From: a virus
Length of the DNA: 64,000 nt
IMG/VR virus record: IMGVR_UViG_3300045953_000166
Reading direction: 5' to 3' (one strand)
The notes below the pieces were generated by a model. It saw nothing but the letters and a program-made list of their open reading frames with translations. It had not been told where the DNA came from and made no database searches. The translations under genes and the position numbers were made by a program. This document shows, piece after piece, positions 22,979 to 31,645 of the stretch (positions within the stretch are counted from its first letter, which is position 1; each line of letters opens with the position of its first letter).

Positions 22979-23308
22979 CTAAAGCGGTTGTTTGAACTTC
23001 GAGGGCTGGACGTGAATGACCTGATCGGGACTTCCGCTCGGCACTGCGCCGGTCCCGATCGCCCGCACGAGGTAGTCGCCCGACTCCGCGCACAAAACGT
23101 CGATATGGTATTTCCCGTCGGCGTCCTTCACGACCTCGGGATGCGTCACGTAGACGTACGTGCGCTCGGCGCCGCTCGGGGATTTGACCTTCATCCGAAC
23201 GGTCGTCGGGTTCGTTAGCGGCCCGAGCGCGCCATTCGAGAGACGCGGACGAAACTCGAAGTTCACGGCGGCGATGTCGCCGATGTAGAAGACGAGACCG
23301 TCGCTCAT
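22979..23308 (-). CDS. Small beta-rich structural/fibre-associated protein
   Basis: 109 aa, ATGA-coupled to the large fibre gene. VRMKVKSPSGAERTYVYVTHPEVVKDADGKYHIDV has an Ig-like character. Confidence 0.5.
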   Translation of the reverse strand: MSDGLVFYIGDIAAVNFEFRPRLSNGALGPLTNPTTVRMKVKSPSGAERTYVYVTHPEVVKDADGKYHIDVLCAESGDYLVRAIGTGAVPSGSPDQVIHVQPSKFKQPL

Positions 23309-25629
23309 GGCGTTTTCTTCACGTTCACGTTGATTTGGCCTCGTCCAAGGACCGTCGCAGGCGTGCCGGCTTTCGACATCACGGTTCCGAGCGTCGCTTC
23401 GCCGCGCTTCGAAAGCGTCGCGATGGCGTCACCCGGTTTGACCTCGACCACGACCGAGGGTGTGGGATTCGCAGTCGGCGACCACGGACCCGGAACGATT
23501 GCGAGGGCAGCGCCCGCCGCCATCGCGAGCGGCGTGAGTGCCTGAGCTGCAATCGCGAGCGTCGGCCTCCCCGAGGTGACCGGGACGAGCGCTGGCGGCT
23601 CGATGGGGATGCTGAACGACGGATTCGCAGTCGGCGTGAGTGCCGTCGGAACGAGCGCTGCCCGGTGGCTCGGGTTCGTCGCCGGCGTGAGCGGAACCGG
23701 CGAGATCGGGATGACGATCGCCGGGTTCGCCGTCGCGGCGAATGGCGTCGTGACGAGGGCGAGAGCGGGCTTCGGGCTGGCAGTCCCGACGAAAGTCGCC
23801 GGAACAATCGCCCCACCCGTGAGAATTGGCTGGGGGTTCTCCGTCCCGGTGAGGGACGTGGGGACGATCGCCGCCCGTTGCAGCGGGCTCTGAGCGCCCG
23901 TTAGAGCAGCCGGAACCGCGGCGACCCGGTGCGTCGGATTTGCCGTCCCGACAAGCGGGAGAGGCAGCAGGGCGGCGCTCGGGGTCGGATTGGCACTACC
24001 GACCAGCGGCGTCGAAACCACCGCCACACGGGCGCTGGGACTGGTGCTCCCGGTGAGCGGTGTAGGTACGAGTGCGACCCGGGCGTTCGGGTTCGAAGTG
24101 CCAGTGAGTGCCGCCGGCGCAATCGCTACCGCTGGGTTCGGGTTGCTCGAGCCGGTCTGTGCCGCCGGCACGATGGCGGCGGTCGGCGTGGGGTTCGCCG
24201 TCGCGACGAACTCGGCCGGGATGATCGGATTCTGCGGGAGCGCCGGCTCGGGATTGGCGGTACCGGTCAGCGGCGCCGTGACGATGGCCGGAACGGGGCC
24301 GCCGATCGCTGTGCCGACGAACGAGCTCGGCGCGATCGCGAGGGCCGGGTTCGAGCTCGCCGTCCCGACGAGTGCCGCTGGGACGATTGCCACCCGTGCG
24401 GTCGGGTTGGCCGTCGCGGTGAAGGCGGCGGGAACGACCGCCGCCCGAGCGTTCGGGTTGGCGCTGCCCGTCAGCGCGGACGGGACGAGCGCGACGCGCG
24501 GGTTTGGATTCGCGGTACCGACCAGCGCCGACGGAATGATCGCGGGCGCTGCCGAGTCATCGATGAGCCACCGGCTATACCAGCCGGCGAGCTGCATCCG
24601 CTCGCTGAACCAAGTCTCGAGGACGAGGTAGGGGCTGAACCACCCGGACGGCGCGTCCGTCTCGACGGAGAACCGCCACGTGCTCGAGCCGCTGATGCCG
24701 CCCCACGGCGTGTCATCGTCGGCGTTCTCGACCGCGCCGTCGTCGATCTCGATGTAGTAGTTTTTGCCCTTCGCGAGCGTGCCGGCCGGATTGACCGTCA
24801 GCGTGTTGGTCGCGAACGTGACGAGCGAGCCGTTCGTGATGTCGATCGACTCGAACGTCGAACCATCGGCCAGATCCTTGATGACGAAATTGCCGGAGCC
24901 GGCCTGGACGTTGACGTCGAACGTGACGACGAGGTTTTGATTTTGCCCGACCGTGCTCGCGCCGTGCGCGGGAGTGAACGTCGTGACTGCCGGCTCATCC
25001 CCGGAAACCGGCAGGTAGAGATAGCCGCGCCGCTGCCACGGAACACCAGGATCGAGCGCGTCGTCGGAGAGTGCGCCGTTGCTGACGGTGTAGTTTCCTC
25101 CGACGCCGCTGAGGTCGGTGGTCGCGGTCGAGGCGTCGAAACACGGGAGCCAACTGAAGAGGTTGGCCCATCGAACCGGCTTCCGGCTGCGTGCCTCAGC
25201 GATCACCTCGGCTTGCGAGAGCGCCGCCGTCCAGACCTTGAAGAAACCTAGTCGGAAGTTTCCGAAAGCGTCGGCGTTTCCAAAGTCCCCGACAATGACC
25301 GTGGAGCTGCTATCGGCATCGGTGGCGGTGATGTCCTGGACACCGTCCAGGTAGACGGTGTGATTGTTCCCCGACCGAACCCACGCGATCGTGTACCACG
25401 TGTTGTTCGCGAGCGTGCTGCCGGTGTAGTCGTTCGTGTCTGTGCCGAGGAGCAGCGTGTCGTCGATGCACGCAACGACCGGACCGCCGGACTGGCCGAA
25501 GTAATTGTCGTAAACGGCCGCGCCACCGAACGCAACGATGTTGATCCGCGCGATCATCGTCACGGGCTGCACTGCTGGCAGTCCCGCCCGCGTGATCGAA
25601 TCCGCGTTGTTGAAGAGGACGCTCGCCAT
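23305..25629 (-). CDS. Large tail fibre/host-recognition protein (LamG-like N-domain, Ig-like domain, long tandem-repeat shaft)
   Basis: NTWYTIAWVRSGNNHTVYLDG (concanavalin/LamG-like). TFTPAHGASTV...NYYIEIDDGAV (Ig-like). Then about 25 units of the type VPxALTGTANPxxR. Confidence 0.65.
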   Translation of the reverse strand: MASVLFNNADSITRAGLPAVQPVTMIARINIVAFGGAAVYDNYFGQSGGPVVACIDDTLLLGTDTNDYTGSTLANNTWYTIAWVRSGNNHTVYLDGVQDITATDADSSSTVIVGDFGNADAFGNFRLGFFKVWTAALSQAEVIAEARSRKPVRWANLFSWLPCFDASTATTDLSGVGGNYTVSNGALSDDALDPGVPWQRRGYLYLPVSGDEPAVTTFTPAHGASTVGQNQNLVVTFDVNVQAGSGNFVIKDLADGSTFESIDITNGSLVTFATNTLTVNPAGTLAKGKNYYIEIDDGAVENADDDTPWGGISGSSTWRFSVETDAPSGWFSPYLVLETWFSERMQLAGWYSRWLIDDSAAPAIIPSALVGTANPNPRVALVPSALTGSANPNARAAVVPAAFTATANPTARVAIVPAALVGTASSNPALAIAPSSFVGTAIGGPVPAIVTAPLTGTANPEPALPQNPIIPAEFVATANPTPTAAIVPAAQTGSSNPNPAVAIAPAALTGTSNPNARVALVPTPLTGSTSPSARVAVVSTPLVGSANPTPSAALLPLPLVGTANPTHRVAAVPAALTGAQSPLQRAAIVPTSLTGTENPQPILTGGAIVPATFVGTASPKPALALVTTPFAATANPAIVIPISPVPLTPATNPSHRAALVPTALTPTANPSFSIPIEPPALVPVTSGRPTLAIAAQALTPLAMAAGAALAIVPGPWSPTANPTPSVVVEVKPGDAIATLSKRGEATLGTVMSKAGTPATVLGRGQINVNVKKTP
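23446..24546 (-). repeat. Coding tandem repeat (about 39-42 bp units, about 25 copies)
   Basis: Protein units such as ALVGTANPNPRVALVP, SALTGSANPNARAAVVP and AALTGTSNPNARVALVP recur through residues about 362-728. Confidence 0.8.
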
Positions 25630-25641
25630 CGCGCCCCTGGC

Positions 25642-26121
25642 TTACTGGCTCAGGACCAGATCCTTGAATTGCGCGTCACCAGTCATCGTGTCGTTCGTGC
25701 CGTCGTTGCCGATGCGCGAGACCTTCACGCGCATTAGCTCGCCGGGCTGCACGCCGTCGAGGTTCGCATTCGAGAGCGTGAAGCTCGCGTTGAACGTCTC
25801 GCCGCTCGTCCCGTCCGCCGCCGCGTTCGCCTCGACAGCCGTCGCGAAACCATCGGCGTCCACGTCGAAGGCGCCGTCGGCGATGCGCTCGAACTCGAGC
25901 CGCACTCGCACGTTGCCGGTCGTCGCCGACGCCGCGACCATCGTGACCTTGCCGGTCACATCCGAGCCGGTGGCGTAGTCGTCCGGCATGCGGAACGAGA
26001 GCACGATGCTCTCGATCGCCGCGGCATCGAATCCGATGAACTTGTGATTGTTGCGCGAGACGAGCTCGGGACTGCCTGCCGTGATGGCCTCGAACTCGTC
26101 CACCGGAAGGGCAATGAACAT
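25642..26121 (-). CDS. Hypothetical structural protein
   Basis: 159 aa, beta-rich Thr/Asp/Gly composition, inside the fibre module. Confidence 0.5.
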   Translation of the reverse strand: MFIALPVDEFEAITAGSPELVSRNNHKFIGFDAAAIESIVLSFRMPDDYATGSDVTGKVTMVAASATTGNVRVRLEFERIADGAFDVDADGFATAVEANAAADGTSGETFNASFTLSNANLDGVQPGELMRVKVSRIGNDGTNDTMTGDAQFKDLVLSQ

Positions 26122-26423
26122 CAGGCCACCATCGCCCTTCGGAACGCCACGAGCGCGAGCATGAGCGCCTTCGCCTTCGTGCTCAGGGTGCCGCGCTGCG
26201 GCTGCGGGATCGCGTTGTTCAGCGTCGTCGCGTTGTTGTCCACGGCGCCGTCGATCGCGACGATCGCGTCGCGGTTCTGCGTCTTTAGCAGGGAGCCGCC
26301 GCCGTCGAGCTGCGCGTCGAGCTGGACGGTGAAGGACGACCCGCCGACGGTGAGCGTGACGGCCTTACCGCGCATGAACGCGCCGAGCACGTCGTCGATT
26401 TGTTGGGAGGTGAGGACGGCCAT
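26121..26423 (-). CDS. Hypothetical protein (fibre module)
   Basis: Real start MAVLTSQQIDD... The upstream part of the track ORF is Arg-rich. Confidence 0.45.
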   Translation of the reverse strand: MAVLTSQQIDDVLGAFMRGKAVTLTVGGSSFTVQLDAQLDGGGSLLKTQNRDAIVAIDGAVDNNATTLNNAIPQPQRGTLSTKAKALMLALVAFRRAMVA

Positions 26424-26425
26424 TT

Positions 26426-26965
26426 TCAGACTCCGTCGAGAAGCGGCGACCACTTCCCCTTGAGATCCTCGATCGTCTGCGCCTCTTCGACCTTCAGCGT
26501 CATCGGCAGATCGCGCAGTGTCTGGCGCTGCGACTCGATCTCGTCCGCTTCGTTCTGCTTCTTTTGACCAGACGCGCGCATCCATTTCGCGTCGAGGTCT
26601 TCGAGACGAAGCCCCCGCGCTCGGCGCACGCGTTGGATGTGCAGATCCCGTGCCTTGGGCATGTCGTGGCGAATGACACTGCCATCGTCGGTCCACGCAT
26701 TCCGGTAAGTTCGATCTGCTGGGATGTCGGCATCGGAGATGGCCCGATAGCCGATCGGCTGTGGAGCCCCCGGGATCCTGGCCAAGCGAGCGATTTCCGA
26801 TAGGACGTTTCCGACCGACGGTTCACGTAGCCAAATGCCAGACCGCTCATCCTCCCAGGTCGCGCCGCTCGGTAGGCTGTTCCCCCGCCCACGCGTGATG
26901 AACCCCAAGATCATCACGGAACCGTCGTCGCGCCGCACTGCGAACTTTTGGACTGTTGGGGTCAT
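26426..26965 (-). CDS. Tail-fibre assembly/chaperone-like protein
   Basis: Start MTPTVQKF (ATG 26965, overlapping the stop of the preceding fibre gene). The C-terminal helical region KARDLHIQRVRRARGLRLEDLDAKWMRA resembles fibre-assembly proteins. Confidence 0.4.
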   Translation of the reverse strand: MTPTVQKFAVRRDDGSVMILGFITRGRGNSLPSGATWEDERSGIWLREPSVGNVLSEIARLARIPGAPQPIGYRAISDADIPADRTYRNAWTDDGSVIRHDMPKARDLHIQRVRRARGLRLEDLDAKWMRASGQKKQNEADEIESQRQTLRDLPMTLKVEEAQTIEDLKGKWSPLLDGV

Positions 26966-27738
26966 CACAAATCTCCGAATCCGACCGCGTACCAAGACGT
27001 CGGATCTTCGATCGCGACGTTGGTCGCGCTGTTGTCGTAGGTCTCGACGCTGACCGTTCCAGCCGCCTGAGTGCCGCTACGGATGGCGGTGTTTTTCGTA
27101 TCGGTCACGAGCGTTCCCGTGCCGGTGCGCAGGCTCATGGCAACGATCGCGTAGTGCGACCCACTGAAGTCGGTCGCAATCGTGATGTCGAGCACGCCAG
27201 CCGTCGCGTCGGCCGTCGATGTGACGTTGTACGAGGCATTGATTGTGCTGCCAGGCGAGGCCTTGACCCAAAACTTCGCCGCGCTTGGGTGAAAGTGCTG
27301 ACGCCCCGGGGTGACGAATGTCGTGAGGCTCGTACCGGCCTCCATCTCGGCTTGCGACGCGACGGGGCCGACAGTCGTGTACGGGTTGCCGTTCACGTCG
27401 TAGTGGACCCACTGCCCGGTGTAGATTGCCGTCTCACCGGCGAGGAGATTGATGGTGATCGACTCCGACGCGACGGAGCCGTCGAAGTGGTCGATCGTGA
27501 AGTTTGCGGCCTGGGAAGCGTGGTTGTTCTTGATGCTGATGAAGTCGACGAGCCGTTGGACGCTCGAGGCCGGGGAGCCGACAAGTGTCGTCTGCGTTGT
27601 GTTTGTGATCGACTGGTTCGGCGGACGACCAGGCGTGATCGTGCCCGCGTTGTTGTCGAAGTACCGAGCGATGATCTCGAAGTCGGCGTTCTGATCCGAC
27701 TGGCCGCGAATCAGGTCGGAGGTGCTAGTGAGAAGCAT
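26965..27738 (-). CDS. Tail fibre/receptor-binding candidate
   Basis: 257 aa, Thr/Ser/Asn/Gly-rich beta protein. Confidence 0.5.
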   Translation of the reverse strand: MLLTSTSDLIRGQSDQNADFEIIARYFDNNAGTITPGRPPNQSITNTTQTTLVGSPASSVQRLVDFISIKNNHASQAANFTIDHFDGSVASESITINLLAGETAIYTGQWVHYDVNGNPYTTVGPVASQAEMEAGTSLTTFVTPGRQHFHPSAAKFWVKASPGSTINASYNVTSTADATAGVLDITIATDFSGSHYAIVAMSLRTGTGTLVTDTKNTAIRSGTQAAGTVSVETYDNSATNVAIEDPTSWYAVGFGDL

Positions 27739-27745
27739 CGCGCCT

Positions 27746-28576
27746 TTACGCCGTGGCCCCGAGGAGCAGGATGCCGTTCGTGTTCCACGCGACCGGCTGA
27801 TTCTGGCCGTTTGGCGTGAGCGGGAGGCCTTGCGCGTTACGAATCAAGCCGACGAGCCTCGACGTGCTTTCGGTGCCGGTGTGGAGGTAGACGAGCAGCG
27901 CCTCGACCGAATCGCCGGTCAGCGAGGGGAACGAGATGTCGGCCGCATCGAAGGTGCCGTTCGCGAATGTCTTCGAGCCGAGCGTCTGCGGCGTTCCGAT
28001 GCGAGCTCCAGACGGCACGTCGTCGAGCATGTCGTGCGCGGAGCTGTAGGTGTAGGTCGTGCCGCCGCCCGACGTGTTGACGCCGACGACTCGCACATCG
28101 CCGGCGACGAGATCCGAGTTCGAGGGGCGAGTGAAGAGCGCCTCGGCGAAGAGCGGGTACCAGATGTTATTACCCGACGTGGAATCGCAGAGGGTCTGCG
28201 GCGTCCAGACGAGCGCCTGATCGAGCCCACCCGGCACGAGCGGGAAGACGGTCGCGTCATCGACGAACATGACGAGCCGGCTCGTCGCCTCGTTGCCGGT
28301 GTCGATGTAGACGACGAACCCCGTCACGGTGTCACCAGTCAGGCCGGTGAAGTCCGGGCACGTCGCGGACATGATCCCGTTCGTGAACGACTTCGAGCCG
28401 AGCGTTTGGGCTGTACCGACGCGCGTGCCGGCCGTCACGTCGTCGAAGAAGTCGTGTGAAGCGCTGTAGGTGTAGCCCGAGTCGACGAGCTGGACCTTCA
28501 CAGTGCCGGCGACGAGATCGGAGTTGGAGTCGCGCTCGAGCGCGCTTTCGAGGTATTCCGGGTACCATGTGCTCAT
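27746..28576 (-). CDS. Structural protein with internal tandem domain duplication
   Basis: Residues about 4-130 and about 140-268 align: WYPEYLESAL..SNSDLVAGTVKV..YTYSASHDFFDDV..GT.QTLGSK.F.NG versus WYPLFAEALF..SNSDLVAGDVRV..YTYSSAHDMLDDV..GTPQTLGSKTFANG. Confidence 0.55.
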   Translation of the reverse strand: MSTWYPEYLESALERDSNSDLVAGTVKVQLVDSGYTYSASHDFFDDVTAGTRVGTAQTLGSKSFTNGIMSATCPDFTGLTGDTVTGFVVYIDTGNEATSRLVMFVDDATVFPLVPGGLDQALVWTPQTLCDSTSGNNIWYPLFAEALFTRPSNSDLVAGDVRVVGVNTSGGGTTYTYSSAHDMLDDVPSGARIGTPQTLGSKTFANGTFDAADISFPSLTGDSVEALLVYLHTGTESTSRLVGLIRNAQGLPLTPNGQNQPVAWNTNGILLLGATA

Positions 28577-28663
28577 AACTTTTCTTCCTTCAGGTCAGAC
28601 GGGGCCGTTCGCGTGCGCTGGTTTGCGCTCCGTCGGCCCTTCGTTGGTCTTCTCGATGCGCAG

Positions 28664-29452
28664 CTACGGGTAGTTCTGGAATCCCCAGAGTTCCCAGTCG
28701 CTGCCGTTGAAACGCGCGGTGAACTCACCGATCGCCGTCTCGAGGCCGATGTTTATTTTCCCGCCATCACCAATGATCCCGAGTTGGTTCGCACTCCGAT
28801 CAAAGCGGCGGATCCGCACCGATTGGCCCGTCTGCACACCGCTGATGTTGAGCGTCTTGTCGCGGTTTGCCGTGAGGGTGCCGAAGGGCTGCTCGTAGTC
28901 GACGCCAGTAGCGACCGAAAGTGTCTGGTTCGCATCGGTGAGACGCGCGGAGCGACGGAACGAGGGGCCCACCGCTGTGACGGGTCGCCAACGCTGCGTC
29001 GTGATGTCGTAGACGAGCTCGCAGACTTCCCGCTGCTGAATGAAAAGCTGATCGAACGGCGTGGCGATCCGATTCGCCGCAGTCGAGCCAGGTCCCTCGA
29101 ATTGCAGAATGACGGGCCTCCCCGGGGCCGCTGCGTCGTCCACGTTGGCGATGACGACTCGTTGACGGTCCTGACCTGCGACGAGCCCGGTGATTCGCCA
29201 GGGTCCGTTGGCGTCCGGGTTGACGCGAATCAGGCCGGCATCGGAGAAATTCAGGTTGTTGACGTCCGCCGTCAACGCCACGTCGACCGACGAGAAGCCA
29301 ACAACCTTCGGCCGAATCGCGATGGTCTTCTTCCCATCCGCCGCGTTGTCGGTGATGACGCCGTCCGTGAAGTCCCACCGCGCGCGGCGCGGAGTGCTTT
29401 CCGTGCCGTTCGCGAGTGCCCGCATCGCGATGATGTCTTCGACCCAAGACAT
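28664..29452 (-). CDS. Tail fibre/baseplate-distal structural protein
   Basis: 262 aa, balanced composition. The antisense 460-aa ORF is Arg-rich shadow. Confidence 0.5.
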   Translation of the reverse strand: MSWVEDIIAMRALANGTESTPRRARWDFTDGVITDNAADGKKTIAIRPKVVGFSSVDVALTADVNNLNFSDAGLIRVNPDANGPWRITGLVAGQDRQRVVIANVDDAAAPGRPVILQFEGPGSTAANRIATPFDQLFIQQREVCELVYDITTQRWRPVTAVGPSFRRSARLTDANQTLSVATGVDYEQPFGTLTANRDKTLNISGVQTGQSVRIRRFDRSANQLGIIGDGGKINIGLETAIGEFTARFNGSDWELWGFQNYP

Positions 29453-29458
29453 TGCGCG

Positions 29459-30076
29459 CTAGCCTGCCAGTCCGATCACGACCGCGAAGACGTTCAACCC
29501 AATCTGCGAGTTCGCGCCGGTTTCCCCGAAGAACTTCAGAAGGTAGTCGTTGTCGGTCAGGATCGTGTGATTGATGCCGGTCGCTTGGATAGCGTGCGAG
29601 GCGTCGTAAGTCGCCACGTTCCCGGACGTATCCGTCGCCGTCGAAACCTGAGTAGCGGACTGCGGGTACGCGCTCCCGACTGCGCGTGGCGTTCGGTAGA
29701 GCTCCCACATCGGCTTTGTTGCCGGAAGCGAGCTGTGCCCACTGCCGGCACAGAACACCTTCACAACGTCGATCTTTCCGAACTTCGGCAGATTCGAAAC
29801 GAGGAAGTACAGATTCCCAGCGCCCGAAACGGAGTCTTGCTGATAATAGAAGTGGCTCGCGCTGTTGACCGAGATGAAGTTCGTCGTGGCGACAGGCGCA
29901 GCGATCGGCACGTCGCTCTCGACGGCGACGGCCTTGCCCGGCATGCCCTCTCGAAGCCAGGCCGTGCGGTTCGCCAAAGCCTGCGCAGTTGCTAGGAATT
30001 CCGCGTTGGAAAGCGGATCCCCGTCATCGATCAACGGGACCGGCGTGGTCCACGAAACGACGTCAGTGATGTTCAT
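29459..30076 (-). CDS. Fibre protein paralog B
   Basis: N-terminus TPVPLIDDGDPLSNAEFLATAQALANRTAWLRE. GSGHSSLPATKP. C-terminus FFGETGANSQIG. Shares all three motifs with 30827-31645. Confidence 0.55.
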   Translation of the reverse strand: MNITDVVSWTTPVPLIDDGDPLSNAEFLATAQALANRTAWLREGMPGKAVAVESDVPIAAPVATTNFISVNSASHFYYQQDSVSGAGNLYFLVSNLPKFGKIDVVKVFCAGSGHSSLPATKPMWELYRTPRAVGSAYPQSATQVSTATDTSGNVATYDASHAIQATGINHTILTDNDYLLKFFGETGANSQIGLNVFAVVIGLAG

Positions 30077-30112
30077 GTGCTACCGTTTTCGTGCTCTCGG
30101 AGAAAAATTCGG

Positions 30113-30817
30113 ATGAAGGTCAGGGTCGGGATATGCGTCACGTGGATCATCGCTGCGTGCGGGAGTGCTGAATCGGAGCACGTGGATGGCGGCGACGCAG
30201 GGGACAGCGCTACAGGCGGAAGCGAGATCAGCGGCAGTGGCGGAGTGGTCTCGCCAACGGGCGGCGTTCCGAGCGTAGGTGGTGTTCAGGGTGCGATGGG
30301 TGGAAGCGCTGGGAATGGCGACGCCGGCAACGGTGGCTTTGCGACCGGTGGCGTCGGTGGCGAATCCGGTAGCAGTTTCCCCCGTGGCGGGTCGGGGTTC
30401 GCTGGAGTTTTTCCGACCGGCGGCTCCGGCTTGAGCAGTTCGAGCGGAGGAACAATCTCGGGAACCGCAGGGGCTCCGACGGGCGGAAGTGTAGTCGGTG
30501 GTGCCGGCCAAGGCGGGATGGGAGGGGCCGGGAATCCCGGTGGATTTGCAGGGGCTGGCGCTGGCAGCGGTGGCAGCAATTCAGGCTCCTGCCCAGCGCC
30601 GATCGCGGAGTGCCCGGCGAGTCAATTCGTATCGTGCACGACCGTCGCCAACTGCGTTCCCTGCGACGTGGATCACTACCGGTGCGTCGACGGGAGCGCC
30701 TTCAACCTCTTCCGGGCAACAGACGGCACTGTCTTCCGTTGCACAAGCGCAGATCCTTCGCGGCCAGACTGCGTTGCTGCCCGGAATGAGGCGATTCTGC
30801 ACTGCTGCCCGCAGTGA
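30113..30817 (+). CDS. Lipoprotein with Gly/Ser-rich linker and Cys-rich C-terminal domain (opposite strand)
   Basis: MKVRVGICVTWIIAAC (lipobox IAAC). About 150 aa of GGx low complexity. C-terminal 80 aa has 10 Cys (CPAPIAECPASQFVSCTTVANCVPCDVDHYRC...). Confidence 0.6.
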   Translation: MKVRVGICVTWIIAACGSAESEHVDGGDAGDSATGGSEISGSGGVVSPTGGVPSVGGVQGAMGGSAGNGDAGNGGFATGGVGGESGSSFPRGGSGFAGVFPTGGSGLSSSSGGTISGTAGAPTGGSVVGGAGQGGMGGAGNPGGFAGAGAGSGGSNSGSCPAPIAECPASQFVSCTTVANCVPCDVDHYRCVDGSAFNLFRATDGTVFRCTSADPSRPDCVAARNEAILHCCPQ

Positions 30818-30826
30818 CAAGCATGA

Positions 30827-31645
30827 TCACGTCGGAGACGTCACGACGTAGAGACCGCCGAGCTTGAATTCTCCCGACAGCGCGTTCGCGCCGGTCTCAC
30901 CCGTGAAGTTCAGATAGGTCCAGGCGGAAGGGGCTGGAGGAGTCACCGGAACGGTGAGACCGGTCAGTACGATCGTGTGCTGCTGCTGGTACGCGCCAAG
31001 GCTGGCGCTCGGGTCGTTCACGCCAGCGAGTTCGTTGTGCGTGGTGGTGCCGCCGCTGATGCTCGTACGAATCAGGCGAAGGCGCGGCATGGTCGCCGGG
31101 AGGCCGCTGTGTCCTGCCCCGCCTGTCACGTACGCGCCGATCTCCTTGATGAGCCCAGTGATCCCTGGAAGCGGAATTCCTAGGTAGAGCGGCGTCGGAG
31201 TCGACGAAATCTGCGCGAGGGAAGGCCCGAGGCTCCCATCGGTGATGATCGCCCATGTCGCATTTGCCGGCGCGAGCCCTTGCGTCGGCAGGAACCACAC
31301 CGCTGTGTTGCCCGGACGAATCCCTAAGATGGCGTTATGAGCGGCCTTGATCCATCGCGCGAGCCCGCGTCCCATGACGCCGGGAGGATTCAGCGCATTG
31401 AATGGCGTCTCCTCGTTTGGGAACGGCACGTCGGCCGTGTCACCAGTGATCGAGCTCAGGGCGACCATGGCCGACGTCTTCGCCCCCGTCGCGAGATCGT
31501 AGAGAGGATCGGCGCGCTCGCGCAGGTACTTGGTTCGGTTGGCGAGCGCCTGCGCCGTCGCCTTGTGCTCGGCGTTGCAGCACGGATCCCCGTCGTCGAT
31601 GACGGGGACGACGCTCGTGAAGTCATTCTGTTCTTCGAGGTTCAC
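30827..31645 (-). CDS. Fibre protein paralog A
   Basis: N-terminus SVVPVIDDGDPCCNAEHKATAQALANRTKYLRE. GAGHSGLPATMP. NFTGETGANALSG. Confidence 0.55.
   Translation of the reverse strand: MNLEEQNDFTSVVPVIDDGDPCCNAEHKATAQALANRTKYLRERADPLYDLATGAKTSAMVALSSITGDTADVPFPNEETPFNALNPPGVMGRGLARWIKAAHNAILGIRPGNTAVWFLPTQGLAPANATWAIITDGSLGPSLAQISSTPTPLYLGIPLPGITGLIKEIGAYVTGGAGHSGLPATMPRLRLIRTSISGGTTTHNELAGVNDPSASLGAYQQQHTIVLTGLTVPVTPPAPSAWTYLNFTGETGANALSGEFKLGGLYVVTSPT

Noticed and set aside
23446-24546. Regular repeats that might be a CRISPR array
   Set aside because: The units are contiguous with no spacers, degenerate, in frame, and translate to a coherent repeat protein within a 774-aa ORF.
22979-31645. 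Diversity-generating retroelement or invertible (Gin/Cin-type) fibre segment
   Set aside because: No reverse transcriptase, no template/variable repeat pair and no serine invertase or flanking inverted crossover sites were seen. The only opposite-strand genes (22751-22969 and 30113-30817) have no inverted repeats around them.
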